Of a stretch of 64,000 nucleotides of DNA, positions 46,984-55,647 are shown piece after piece (the first letter of the stretch is position 1; each line of letters starts with the position of its first letter). This DNA is from an uncultured Solirubrobacterales bacterium (GTDB lineage: Bacteria; Actinomycetota; Thermoleophilia; Solirubrobacterales; Solirubrobacteraceae). The position numbers and the translations under genes are program-made. Location of the stretch: NCBI GenBank assembly GCA_963699325.1, contig CAVOTN010000003.1:154600-218599 (forward strand), written 5' to 3'. Under the pieces are notes generated by a model. The model searched no databases. It was not told the DNA's origin and worked only from the letters and a program-made list of their open reading frames with translations.

Positions 46984-48813
46984 ATGGAGCACTTGGACAC
47001 ATTCCTGGCCCGCCACCCTCCGTTCGACGCGCTCGATCCTGACGAGCTCCGCGACCTTGCCGCGGGCGCCCAGGAGCACGCGTACGACACCGGGGAGGCG
47101 GTGCTCGTCGAGGACGGTTTGCCCACGCCCGGGCTGTGGGTGATCGTCACCGGGTCGATGGACATCGTGCACGACGGGGAGCCGATCCAGGTGCTCGAGC
47201 CGGGCGAGTGCTTCGGCCACCCGTCGCTGCTCACCGGTATGGCACCCGCGTTCACCGTGCGTGCGCGCGAGCCTTCGACGTGCGCGCTGTTCGGCGCCGA
47301 GGCGGGGCGGCGAATCCTCGGGACGGAGGCGGGCGCGGCGTACGTCGCGAACTCGATGCGAAAGCGGCTCACGATCGCCGGTCACACGGTGCACGGGCTG
47401 CCGGACGTTGGCACCACGCCGGTGGCGCTGGTTATGAGCCGGGCGGAGTTCTGCGAGCCCGACGAGCCGTTGCGCGCGGCCGTGACACGGCTCGGGCGGG
47501 ACGGGGTCTCGGCGCTGCTGGTCCAGCTCGACGACGGCGCCTTGGGGATCCTGTCCGACGCCTCGATCCGCGCGGCGGTCGCGGTCGACGGCGTCCCGCT
47601 CGACGCGCCGGCGCGCGCGGCAGTCCTGACTCCGGTCGCGACCGTCCCGCCGACCCAGCTCGCGATCGAGGCGACCGTCGAGATGCTCGCGGCCGGGTCA
47701 GAGCACCTGGCGGTGCTCGACGGTGATCGGATCTGCGGCCTGCTGTCCGCCACGGACCTACTCGGCCTCGATACACGCAGCCCGATCGCGCTTCGCCACA
47801 TGCTCCTCGGCGCTCCCGACGAGGACACGCTGGTGCGCGCCGCGGGCGAGATTCCGAAGCTGTTCCTGCTGCTCTCCCGGGCTGGCGTGCTCCCGCGCGA
47901 CCTCGGCCGGGTCCTCAGCCTCCAGCACGACACCGTCGTCGCCCGGCTGATCGACTTCTCGATCTGGAGCCGCGGACCCGCCCCGGTCCCGTGGGCGTGG
48001 CTCGACTTAGGGAGCGCGGCCCGGCGGGAGTTCACGCTTGCCTCGGACCAGGACAACGCCCTCGCTTATGCGTCGGTGGAGCCGGACGCGGTCGAGGCGG
48101 TCGACGGGTACTTCGCGCTGCTCGGCACCGATGTCAACGACGGCCTCGTCAGGTGCGGGATCGGGATCGACAACAACGGCGTGCTCGCCGGCAACCGCCA
48201 GTGGCGGATGTCCAAGGACGCATGGCTGCGGACTTTCGATAGCTGCCTGAACGAGCCCGACGAGTCGCACCTGATCCGGGCCACCGTGTCGTTCGACTTT
48301 CGCCCGACCGCCGGCGGCCTGGCTGTCGCCGCCGAGCTGACCGCGCGGATCCGCGCCGCCCGCCACCACGCGCAGTTCATGCGGCTGATGGCGCGGACCG
48401 CGACCGGCTACCCGGTGGCGCTCGGGTTCCGCGGCCAGCTCGCCACCGGACACGACGGCGATCCCCCCGGGAAGCTCGACCTGAAGCGCGGCGCGATCAT
48501 CCCGCTGGTCAACCTGGTGCGGTTCCACGCGCTGGCGGCCGGCGTGACGATCTCGCCCACGCTCGACCGGATCGAAGCGGTCGCCAGCGTCGGCGAGCTC
48601 GACCGCGCGACGGCGGACGCGCTGCGCGAGGCGTTCGTGGTGATCAACAGCATTCGCTTCGAGCACCATGCGGCCCAGGTTCACGCGGGCGAGACGCCCG
48701 ACAACCTGGTCGATCCCGAGGAGCTCGCGCCGATCGCGCGCACCGACCTGCGCGAGGCGCTCAACGTGGTGCGGCGGGCCCAGAAGCGTATCGGCGCGTG
48801 GTCGCCGCCGTAA
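46984..48813 (+). CDS. cNMP-binding/CBS/DUF294 nucleotidyltransferase (GlnE/GlnD-like fold), intact catalytic motif
   Basis: HPPFDAL, GECFGHPSLL; CBS pair; LGSAARREFTLASDQDNAL; SFDFR; DLKRG. Confidence 0.93.
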   Translation: MEHLDTFLARHPPFDALDPDELRDLAAGAQEHAYDTGEAVLVEDGLPTPGLWVIVTGSMDIVHDGEPIQVLEPGECFGHPSLLTGMAPAFTVRAREPSTCALFGAEAGRRILGTEAGAAYVANSMRKRLTIAGHTVHGLPDVGTTPVALVMSRAEFCEPDEPLRAAVTRLGRDGVSALLVQLDDGALGILSDASIRAAVAVDGVPLDAPARAAVLTPVATVPPTQLAIEATVEMLAAGSEHLAVLDGDRICGLLSATDLLGLDTRSPIALRHMLLGAPDEDTLVRAAGEIPKLFLLLSRAGVLPRDLGRVLSLQHDTVVARLIDFSIWSRGPAPVPWAWLDLGSAARREFTLASDQDNALAYASVEPDAVEAVDGYFALLGTDVNDGLVRCGIGIDNNGVLAGNRQWRMSKDAWLRTFDSCLNEPDESHLIRATVSFDFRPTAGGLAVAAELTARIRAARHHAQFMRLMARTATGYPVALGFRGQLATGHDGDPPGKLDLKRGAIIPLVNLVRFHALAAGVTISPTLDRIEAVASVGELDRATADALREAFVVINSIRFEHHAAQVHAGETPDNLVDPEELAPIARTDLREALNVVRRAQKRIGAWSPP

Positions 48814-48949
48814 CGCGGCGTGTGTGGTCAGACCGCGTCGGGCGCTAAGAACGCGTGAAGAAGTAGAGCCCGCAACCACATTCGCACCTGAAACTGTGCG
48901 CGTGAGCGCCATTGGACCGGTCATCCGCAGGGTCTAGCCTCACCGCGAC

Positions 48950-49861
48950 GTGTGTGGGATAGCAGGTCTTTACACGAAGTCGGCCACGCTTCGTGAGCAC
49001 CTCGGCACGCATCTCGCGAGCATGCTCGAGCAGCTCTCGGACCGGGGTCCTGACAGCGCCGGCGTCGCGTTCTACCGCGATCCGGCGCCGGCTGGGTGGT
49101 GCAAGGTGTCACTGCACTCGCCCTCGCCCACGCCCGATTGGGAGGCGCTGACCGCCGAGCTCGAGGTCGAGTTCGGCGAGGCCTCGCCACCGCGGGTGCG
49201 GGCGACGCACGCCGTGTTCGTGATCGCCGCCGAGGCCGACGAGGCGCAGGCCTGGCTGATCGAGTGTCACCCCGAGCTGACCTTGATGAGCGCCGGGCGC
49301 TCGATCGAGATCTACAAGGAGGCAGGCCCGCCGGGACGGTTCGTCGAGCGCTTCGGACTGACCGAGATCACCGGCAGCCACGCCCTGGGCCACACCCGGA
49401 TGGCGACCGAGAGCCGCGTGACCACCGAGCACTCCCATCCGTTCTCGACCGGGCTCGACCTGTGCCTCGTCCACAACGGCTCGCTGTCCAACCACAACCG
49501 GCTGCGGCGGTCCTTGGCCCGCGAAGGGATCCGGTTCAGGACCGACTGCGACAGCGAAGTCGCCGCCGGCTACCTGACCTGGCGGCTGCGGGAGGGGGCG
49601 TCTCTGGAGGAGGCGCTCGAGGGTTGTCTCGACGACCTCGACGGCTTCTACACGTTCGCGGTCGGGACCGCCGACGGCTTCGCCGTGCTGCGCGATCCGA
49701 TCGCGTGCAAGCCCGCGGTGATGGCGGAGACCGATGAATGGGTGGCGATGGCGTCCGAGTACCGGGCGATCGCGGTGCTGCCGGGGGCGGAGGACGCGGT
49801 CCTATGGGAGCCCGCGCCGGGCCACGTCTATAGCTGGGGCACCGCTTCGTTGGTGGCGTGA
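48950..49861 (+). CDS. mgsA: Class II glutamine amidotransferase, N-methylglutamate synthase subunit A-like (GlxB)
   Basis: MCGIAG N-terminal Cys, RGPDSAG, GHTRMATES, HPF, HNGSLSN, DSE. Confidence 0.88.
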   Translation: MCGIAGLYTKSATLREHLGTHLASMLEQLSDRGPDSAGVAFYRDPAPAGWCKVSLHSPSPTPDWEALTAELEVEFGEASPPRVRATHAVFVIAAEADEAQAWLIECHPELTLMSAGRSIEIYKEAGPPGRFVERFGLTEITGSHALGHTRMATESRVTTEHSHPFSTGLDLCLVHNGSLSNHNRLRRSLAREGIRFRTDCDSEVAAGYLTWRLREGASLEEALEGCLDDLDGFYTFAVGTADGFAVLRDPIACKPAVMAETDEWVAMASEYRAIAVLPGAEDAVLWEPAPGHVYSWGTASLVA

Positions 49862-50580
49862 TGGCCGAGGTGGGGGTGCAAGTCACGCGGGAGGCGTTGT
49901 GGTCGTTCGACCTCGCCGAGCAGACGGTCCGCGAGCTGAACGCGCAGTTGCATGAGGCAACCTCTTCTGACGGCGGCCGGGTGGTCGTGCTCAACCCCGG
50001 CGGGCGCCACGCGATCGCAGTCGGGCTCGACGCCCCCTACGAGGTCGAGATCGAAGGTCACGTCGGCTACTACTGCGCCGGCATGAACAAGCTCGCGAGC
50101 GTGCGCGTACGCGGGAACTGCGGCGTCGGCGTGGCCGAGAACATGATGTCCGGAGTCGTGGTTGTCGAGGGGAGCGCCTCGCAGTCCGCGGGCGCGACCG
50201 CCCGTGGTGGCTTGTTGGTGATCCACGGCGACGCGTCCGCGCGATGCGGGATCTCGCTGAAGGGCGCCGACATCGTCGTGCGCGGGTCGGTCGGGCACAT
50301 GAGCGCGTTCATGGCCCAGCGAGGAAGCCTGGTGGTGTGCGGCGACGCCGGCGAGTCGCTCGGGGACTCGTTGTACGAGGCGCGGCTGTACGTGCGCGGG
50401 TCGGTGGCGGCGCTCGGCGCGGACTGCGTCGAGAAGGAGATGCGCTCCGAGCACGTGACCCAGGTGCGCGAGTTGCTGGCGCGCGCGGAGATCGACGATG
50501 TGGACCCGGCCGAGTTCCGGCGCTACGGCTCGGCCCGGCGGCTGTACAACTTCCATGTCGACAACCTGGGCAGCTACTGA
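49858..50580 (+). CDS. mgsB: GXGXG (GltB/FwdC-like) protein, N-methylglutamate synthase subunit B-like (GlxC)
   Basis: GHVGYYCAGMN, GVAENMMSG, RCGISLKG, GHMSAFMAQ.G, GDSLYE. Confidence 0.88.
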   Translation: MMAEVGVQVTREALWSFDLAEQTVRELNAQLHEATSSDGGRVVVLNPGGRHAIAVGLDAPYEVEIEGHVGYYCAGMNKLASVRVRGNCGVGVAENMMSGVVVVEGSASQSAGATARGGLLVIHGDASARCGISLKGADIVVRGSVGHMSAFMAQRGSLVVCGDAGESLGDSLYEARLYVRGSVAALGADCVEKEMRSEHVTQVRELLARAEIDDVDPAEFRRYGSARRLYNFHVDNLGSY

Positions 50581-51924
50581 TGGCTGCGTCCGCGGACTCG
50601 AACGGCTGGCATCCCGGGTTGCGCGAGTCGGCGACGTTCGACCGCGGAGTGATCGCCGAGATTCAGCGGGCCGCCCGCGAGGGCATGTACGACATCCGCG
50701 GGTTCGGGGCCAAGCGAGCGGTGCCGCACTTCGACGACCTGCTGTTCCTGGGCGCCTCCGTGTCCCGGTATCCGCTCGAGGGCTATCGCGAGCGGTGCGG
50801 AACCGACGTCGTGATCGGCACGCGGTACGCGCGCGAGCCCGTGCGCCTCGACATCCCGATCACGATCGCCGGCATGAGCTTCGGGGCGCTGTCGGGGGCG
50901 GCCAAGGAGGCGCTCGGCCGGGGGGCCACTGCGGTGGGAACGTCGACGACGACCGGCGACGGTGGCATGACCGCCGAGGAGCGCGAGCACTCTTCCGTGT
51001 TGGTGTACCAGTTGCTGCCCTCGCGGTACGGGATGAACCCAGACGATTTGCGGCGCGCGGACGCGATCGAGGTCGTGATCGGGCAGGGGGCCAAGCCGGG
51101 TGGCGGCGGGATGCTGCTCGGCCACAAGATCTCCGACCGGGTGGCGGAGATGCGCGACCTTCCGCCCGGGATCGACCAGCGCAGCGCCTGCCGGCATCCG
51201 GACTGGACGGGCCCCGACGACCTCGAGATCAAGATCGAGGAGCTGCGCGAGATCACCGACTGGCGGATCCCGATCTACGTCAAGGTCGGTGCCTCCCGCA
51301 CCTACTTCGACGTGGCGCTGGCGGTCAAGGCCGGCGCCGACGCGATCGTGCTCGACGGCATGCAGGGCGGCACGGCCGCGACCCAGGACGTGTTCATCGA
51401 GCACGTCAGGCATCCCGATCCTGGCCGCGATCCCGCAGGCGGTCGAGTCGCTGATGGAGCTCGACATGCACCGCAAGGTCCAGCTGATCGTGTCCGGCGG
51501 AATCCGCACGGGTGCGGACGTCGCCAAGGCTCTGGCCCTCGGAGCAGACGCGGTGTCGATCGGGGTGGCGGCCCTGATCGCGCTCGGGGACAACGCCCCG
51601 GGCTTCGATGCCGACTACCGGGAGATCGGATCGGCCGCGGGCTACTACGACGACTATCAGGCGGGCCTCGACCCCGCCGGCATCTCGACCCAGGATCCCG
51701 CCTTGGCGTCTCGGCTGGATCCGGTCGAGGGGGGACGCCGGCTGGCGAACTATCTGAGGACGCTGACTTTGGAGGCTCAGACGCTGGCGCGAGCGTGCGG
51801 GAAGTCGCACCTGCACAACCTCGAGCCCGAGGACCTGGTGGCGCTGACGATCGAGGCGGCGGCGATGGCGCGGGTGCCGCTGGCGGGGACGAGCTGGATT
51901 CCGGGGCTCGTCGCCTCGCCCTGA
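50580..51924 (+). CDS. mgsC: FMN-binding glutamate synthase family protein, N-methylglutamate synthase subunit C-like (GlxD); +1 frameshift at ~51408
   Basis: YPLEGYRE, IAGMSFGALS, TTGDGGM, GQGAKPGGGG, SACRHPDW, DGMQGGT; removing A51408 restores EHVGIP..VSGGIR. Confidence 0.88.
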
Positions 51925-51959
51925 GGGTGGCGCGGTCGCTCGCCACCGGGCCCCGTATC

Positions 51960-52064
51960 CCGAGTTTCGCCGCACTCGCCCATCCGCCGGCGGTGAATTC
52001 GGATCCACTCGGCTATGCACCGAGTTTCTCCGCACTCGAGCCGGGCACGGCGCCGAGTGCGGAG
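51960..52064. repeat. REP-like direct and inverted repeats
   Basis: ccgagtttc(g/t)ccgcactcg at 51960 and 52020; inverted cgagtgcggag 52054-52064. Confidence 0.65.
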
Positions 52065-52100
52065 TTAGTCGGGATCCGGCTCGGCTGGCACCATGGTCGG

Positions 52101-52949
52101 GTGGATGTCGACGACCTCTACGGTCTGCCGCTCGACCAGTTCGTTCCCGAGCGCACCGCGCTCGCCCGCGAATTGCGCAAGGCCGGAGAGCGTGAGCGCG
52201 CGGCCGAGGTCGCCGCGCTGCGCAGGCCTTCGGTGGCCGCCTGGGCCGTGAACCAGCTGGTGCGGACGCAGCACAGCGCGGTCGGGGAGTTGTTCGAGGC
52301 GGGGGACGGGTTGCGCGTGGCGCAGGACGACGTGCTGGCCGGCCGAGGCGACGCGCGGTCGCTGCGCGCCGGCGTCGAGCGGGAGCGCTCGGCGGTCGAT
52401 GCGCTGACCGACGCTGCTCGCGGGCTGCTCAGCTCCGAGGGCCAAGAGCTGAGCGACGCGATGCTCGGGCGGGTCGCCGACACGCTACACGCCGCCGCAT
52501 TCGATGACGAGGCGCGCGATCAGGTCCGTGAGGGCCGCCTCGAGCGCGAGTTGCGCCACGTCGGCCTCGGGACGGCCGCCTTCGCGGGCGGCGGGTCGAC
52601 AACGCCGGCGCCTGCTCGGCCGGCGGGGAAGAAATCGAGCGCGGGTGGGAAACAGTCGACGGACGGTGGCAAGGAGCCCTCCACCGGCCGCGCCGAACGA
52701 GCTGAGCGGGAGCGCGCCGAACGCGAACGGGCGCAGGCCCGGGCGGACGCGCGCGCCACCGAACGCGAGGCTCGCCGGCGCACCGAGCGCGCGGGGCGCA
52801 GCGCCAAGCTGGCACTCGAGCGCCGGGACAAGGCCGCCGAGGCTCTGCGCGAGGCGCAGGACGGCCTCGAGGCGGCCGAGGCGGAGGTCCGCGCTGCCGA
52901 GGACGCCCTCCGCGATGCTGAGGCGGCGGTTCGCGAGACCAGCCGCTAG
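52101..52949 (+). CDS. Hypothetical protein with C-terminal coiled coil
   Basis: VDDLYGLPLDQFVPERTALA, RRPSVAAWAVNQL, TLHAAAFD, GRLEREL; charged helical tail. Confidence 0.8.
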   Translation: MDVDDLYGLPLDQFVPERTALARELRKAGERERAAEVAALRRPSVAAWAVNQLVRTQHSAVGELFEAGDGLRVAQDDVLAGRGDARSLRAGVERERSAVDALTDAARGLLSSEGQELSDAMLGRVADTLHAAAFDDEARDQVREGRLERELRHVGLGTAAFAGGGSTTPAPARPAGKKSSAGGKQSTDGGKEPSTGRAERAERERAERERAQARADARATEREARRRTERAGRSAKLALERRDKAAEALREAQDGLEAAEAEVRAAEDALRDAEAAVRETSR

Positions 52950-52950
52950 A

Positions 52951-53121
52951 TCAGCGGAGGAGCGCGATCACGATCAGCACGATCACGACGACCATCAGCG
53001 CCGCGCCGGCGAAGGCGACCGGCCGCTGGCGCCACCAGAACTCGGGGTTGGCGCGATCGCGGGTGTAGCGTCCCTCGGGCGGCGTCCCGACCCAGTCGTC
53101 CTCGTCGTCGTAGGGGCTCAC
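52951..53121 (-). CDS. Small single-TM protein (56 aa), below ORF-track cutoff
   Basis: GTG 53121 to TGA 52951: MSPYDDEDDWVGTPPEGRYTRDRANPEFWWRQRPVAFAGAALMVVVIVLIVIALLR. Confidence 0.65.
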   Translation of the reverse strand: MSPYDDEDDWVGTPPEGRYTRDRANPEFWWRQRPVAFAGAALMVVVIVLIVIALLR

Positions 53122-53145
53122 AGCGTCAGGTTAGAGTGCGAAGCC

Positions 53146-54168
53146 ATGAACTATCGAACGCTTGGACGTACTGGAGTGAAGGTCAGCCCGCTGTGCCTTG
53201 GCGCGATGATGTTCGGCGCTTGGGGCAATCCCGACCACGACGACTGCATCAGGATCATCCACCGCGCGCTCGACGCCGGCATCAACTTCATCGACACGGC
53301 CGACGTGTACGCGCGCGGCGAGTCGGAGGAGATCGTCGGCAAGGCCCTCGCCGGCGGCAAGCGCGACAACGTGGTGCTGGCCACGAAGGTCCACGGGACG
53401 ATGGGCGATGACCCCAACGAGTTCGGCAACACCCGCCGGTGGATCACGCGGGAGATCGACAACAGCCTGCGCCGGCTGGGCACGGACTGGATCGACCTGT
53501 ACCAGATCCACCGCCCGGAGGACGACACCGACATCGACGAGACGCTCGGCGCGCTGACCGACCTGGTGCGGGCCGGAAAGGTCCGCTACATCGGCTCCTC
53601 GACGTTTCCGGCGAGCCAGATCGTCGAGGCCCAATGGGTCGCGGAGAGGCGTGGACGCGAACGCTTCGTCTGCGAGCAGCCGCCGTACTCGATCCTGGTC
53701 CGGGGCGTCGAGAACGACGTGCTCCCGACGTGCCGGCGGCATGGCATGGCCGTGATCCCGTGGAGCCCGCTCGCCGGCGGGTGGCTGACCGGGCGCTACC
53801 GCAAGGACGCGGAGGTGCCGGAGTCGCACCGGGCGCAGCGGATCCCGGCTCGCTTCGACATGTCCCTGCAGGCGAACCAGCGCAAGCTGGAAGCCGCCGA
53901 CGGGCTGGCGAGGCTGGCCGAGGACGGGGGAATGACGCTGATCGAGATGGCGCTCGCGTTCGTCCTCAACCATCCGGCGGTGACGGCGCCGATCATCGGG
54001 CCGCGCACGATGGAGCAACTCGAGTCGCAGCTGCCCGCCGCCGAGGTGACGCTTACCACCGAGATGCTCGACCGGATCGACGAACTGGTCCCGCCCGGCG
54101 TCAACCTGAACCCGGCCGACGGCGGCTGGCAGAACCCCGCGCTCGAGCCGGCCGAGCGTCGCCGCTAG
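53146..54168 (+). CDS. Aldo/keto reductase
   Basis: LCLGAMMFG, FIDTADVY, GESEEIVG, TDWIDLYQIH, GKVRYIGSS, PWSPLAGG. Confidence 0.96.
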   Translation: MNYRTLGRTGVKVSPLCLGAMMFGAWGNPDHDDCIRIIHRALDAGINFIDTADVYARGESEEIVGKALAGGKRDNVVLATKVHGTMGDDPNEFGNTRRWITREIDNSLRRLGTDWIDLYQIHRPEDDTDIDETLGALTDLVRAGKVRYIGSSTFPASQIVEAQWVAERRGRERFVCEQPPYSILVRGVENDVLPTCRRHGMAVIPWSPLAGGWLTGRYRKDAEVPESHRAQRIPARFDMSLQANQRKLEAADGLARLAEDGGMTLIEMALAFVLNHPAVTAPIIGPRTMEQLESQLPAAEVTLTTEMLDRIDELVPPGVNLNPADGGWQNPALEPAERRR

Positions 54169-54200
54169 GCGCACAAACGTTCGAGATCTGGACGGAACCC

Positions 54201-54226
54201 GCAACTTTGATGTCCGGGGGCACGTT
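54201..54226 (+). promoter_or_regulatory. ECF sigma-type promoter
   Basis: GCAAC-N17-CGTT upstream of ORF 54262. Confidence 0.4.
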
Positions 54227-54261
54227 CATCCTGTGTCTACTGCTTTACGGAGGGCTGAGCG

Positions 54262-54468
54262 GTGTTGGACGCGAACGGGAATGCGGCCACGACAACCGGG
54301 TACGTCACAGAGCTCTTGTACGAGCTGCTCGACGCGCACGTCGACACGATGCGGTTGGCGCGCGACTTTGACGGCGACCCCGCCTGGGCGGCGCATCTCG
54401 ACTATCTGCGGGACCTGCAGCGAGTCGGGCGCGAGGCGCTAGCGCACGCGCCCAGCGCGGTCGCTTAA
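54262..54468 (+). CDS. Small hypothetical protein (68 aa)
   Basis: ELLYELLDAH.DT..WAAHLDYLRDLQR helical; SD-like ggagg upstream. Confidence 0.62.
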   Translation: MLDANGNAATTTGYVTELLYELLDAHVDTMRLARDFDGDPAWAAHLDYLRDLQRVGREALAHAPSAVA

Positions 54469-55133
54469 GGAACGGCCGGAACCAGCGCGCACGGGCGGTT
54501 CTCGCCCGCGAACGCGTCGGTGTCAAAGCCGGTCTCGGACAGCCGCTCGACGTAGGGCATCTTCTCGAGGAACGCGTCGGCCGGCTCGAGGAAGCCGATC
54601 CGCGGCGTGCGGTAGTGCATCGGCACGACCCATTTCGGAGCGAGGCGGTGCGTGATCTCCGCAGCCTGCTCGGCCCCGATCGTCGGGCCGCCGCCGACCG
54701 GTAGGAACAGCAGGTCGATGTCACCGATCGCATCGGCCTGCTCGTCGCGGAGCCCCCGCTGGCCGAAGTCGCCGAAATGCGCGATGCGCAGCTCGTCCAG
54801 CTTGAACACGAAGATCGTGTTCGGTCCGCGCTGGGTGCCGGCGGCCTCGTCGTGCTCGGAGGCGATCGCGACGATCTCGCCGATCGGGGATTCGAGGCGC
54901 CCGGCGGTCGAGCGCAGGATCGTCGGGTCGCCGCTCACGGTCTCGACGCCGTTGTGATCGAGGTGCTCGTGCGTGACCAGCAGCAAATCCGCCTCGACGC
55001 CCTCGATCGCGGGGTAGTCGAACTGCATCCCTCTCGCGGCCATAGGAGAGACGTCTCCGAACGGGTCGATGACCACCGTGGCGTCCTGTCCGCTCAGGCG
55101 GAACGCAGCCTGGCCGTACCAATCAACGCGCAA
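54465..55133 (-). CDS. MBL-fold metallo-hydrolase
   Basis: WYGQAAF, VIDPF, THEHLDHN, HFGDFG, PVGG, VPMHY; TTG start at 55133 after gagagg. Confidence 0.92.
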   Translation of the reverse strand: MRVDWYGQAAFRLSGQDATVVIDPFGDVSPMAARGMQFDYPAIEGVEADLLLVTHEHLDHNGVETVSGDPTILRSTAGRLESPIGEIVAIASEHDEAAGTQRGPNTIFVFKLDELRIAHFGDFGQRGLRDEQADAIGDIDLLFLPVGGGPTIGAEQAAEITHRLAPKWVVPMHYRTPRIGFLEPADAFLEKMPYVERLSETGFDTDAFAGENRPCALVPAVP

Positions 55134-55262
55134 TGTCGCTCCTCTCGTGCTGTCTTCGCCGTCGACCCAGTCGCGCACGCGATGCACGCGCCGGCCGTAG
55201 CTTACGCGGCGTGATCCGAGGCCGGATCCGAGGACGCTGCGGGCAGCCAGGCCGGCCGGCCT

Positions 55263-55451
55263 CTAGTGGAGTAACAGCGCTTCGGTCGCGACAATCGCGA
55301 GGGCGACGACGATGCAAAGCGCGACGGTCACGATGATCCGGTGCGCTTCGCCGCTCTCGCCCTGGAGGATCTGCATCAGCCCCGGTCGGTCAGCATGGGT
55401 CTCCATGAGCGTTCCGGTGGTCTTTCCGCAAGTTGGGCAACGATCGAGCAT
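55263..55451 (-). CDS. Small protein with N-terminal CxxC and C-terminal TM helix (62 aa)
   Basis: SD aggaggg; MLDRCPTCG ... IIVTVALCIVVALAIVA. Confidence 0.55.
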   Translation of the reverse strand: MLDRCPTCGKTTGTLMETHADRPGLMQILQGESGEAHRIIVTVALCIVVALAIVATEALLLH

Positions 55452-55647
55452 CGCTCCCTCCTTCATGGGGAAGCATCGGTGAAAGGGCGGGTTCGGTGAG
55501 CGATTACCCGGTCCCGCCGGCATGACGCTAAACCCGAGCGAATAAAAGCGCGGCGGGCGCCGACGGTTACGAGGGAACCGGTTGTGCGAGTAATCGACCG
55601 GGCGCTCCGAGACTTGACCCATGCGCGGAGCCGCTAGGGTTCGCGCC

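Noticed and set aside
7302-52061. Shared 10-mer gccgagtgcg in two repeat blocks
   Set aside because: A GC-rich 10-mer match is plausible by chance in 64 kb of this composition
50244-52949. 901-aa fusion of glutamate synthase-like domain to a coiled-coil protein
   Set aside because: Artefact of the +1 frameshift at ~51408 reading through to an unrelated downstream gene in the same frame
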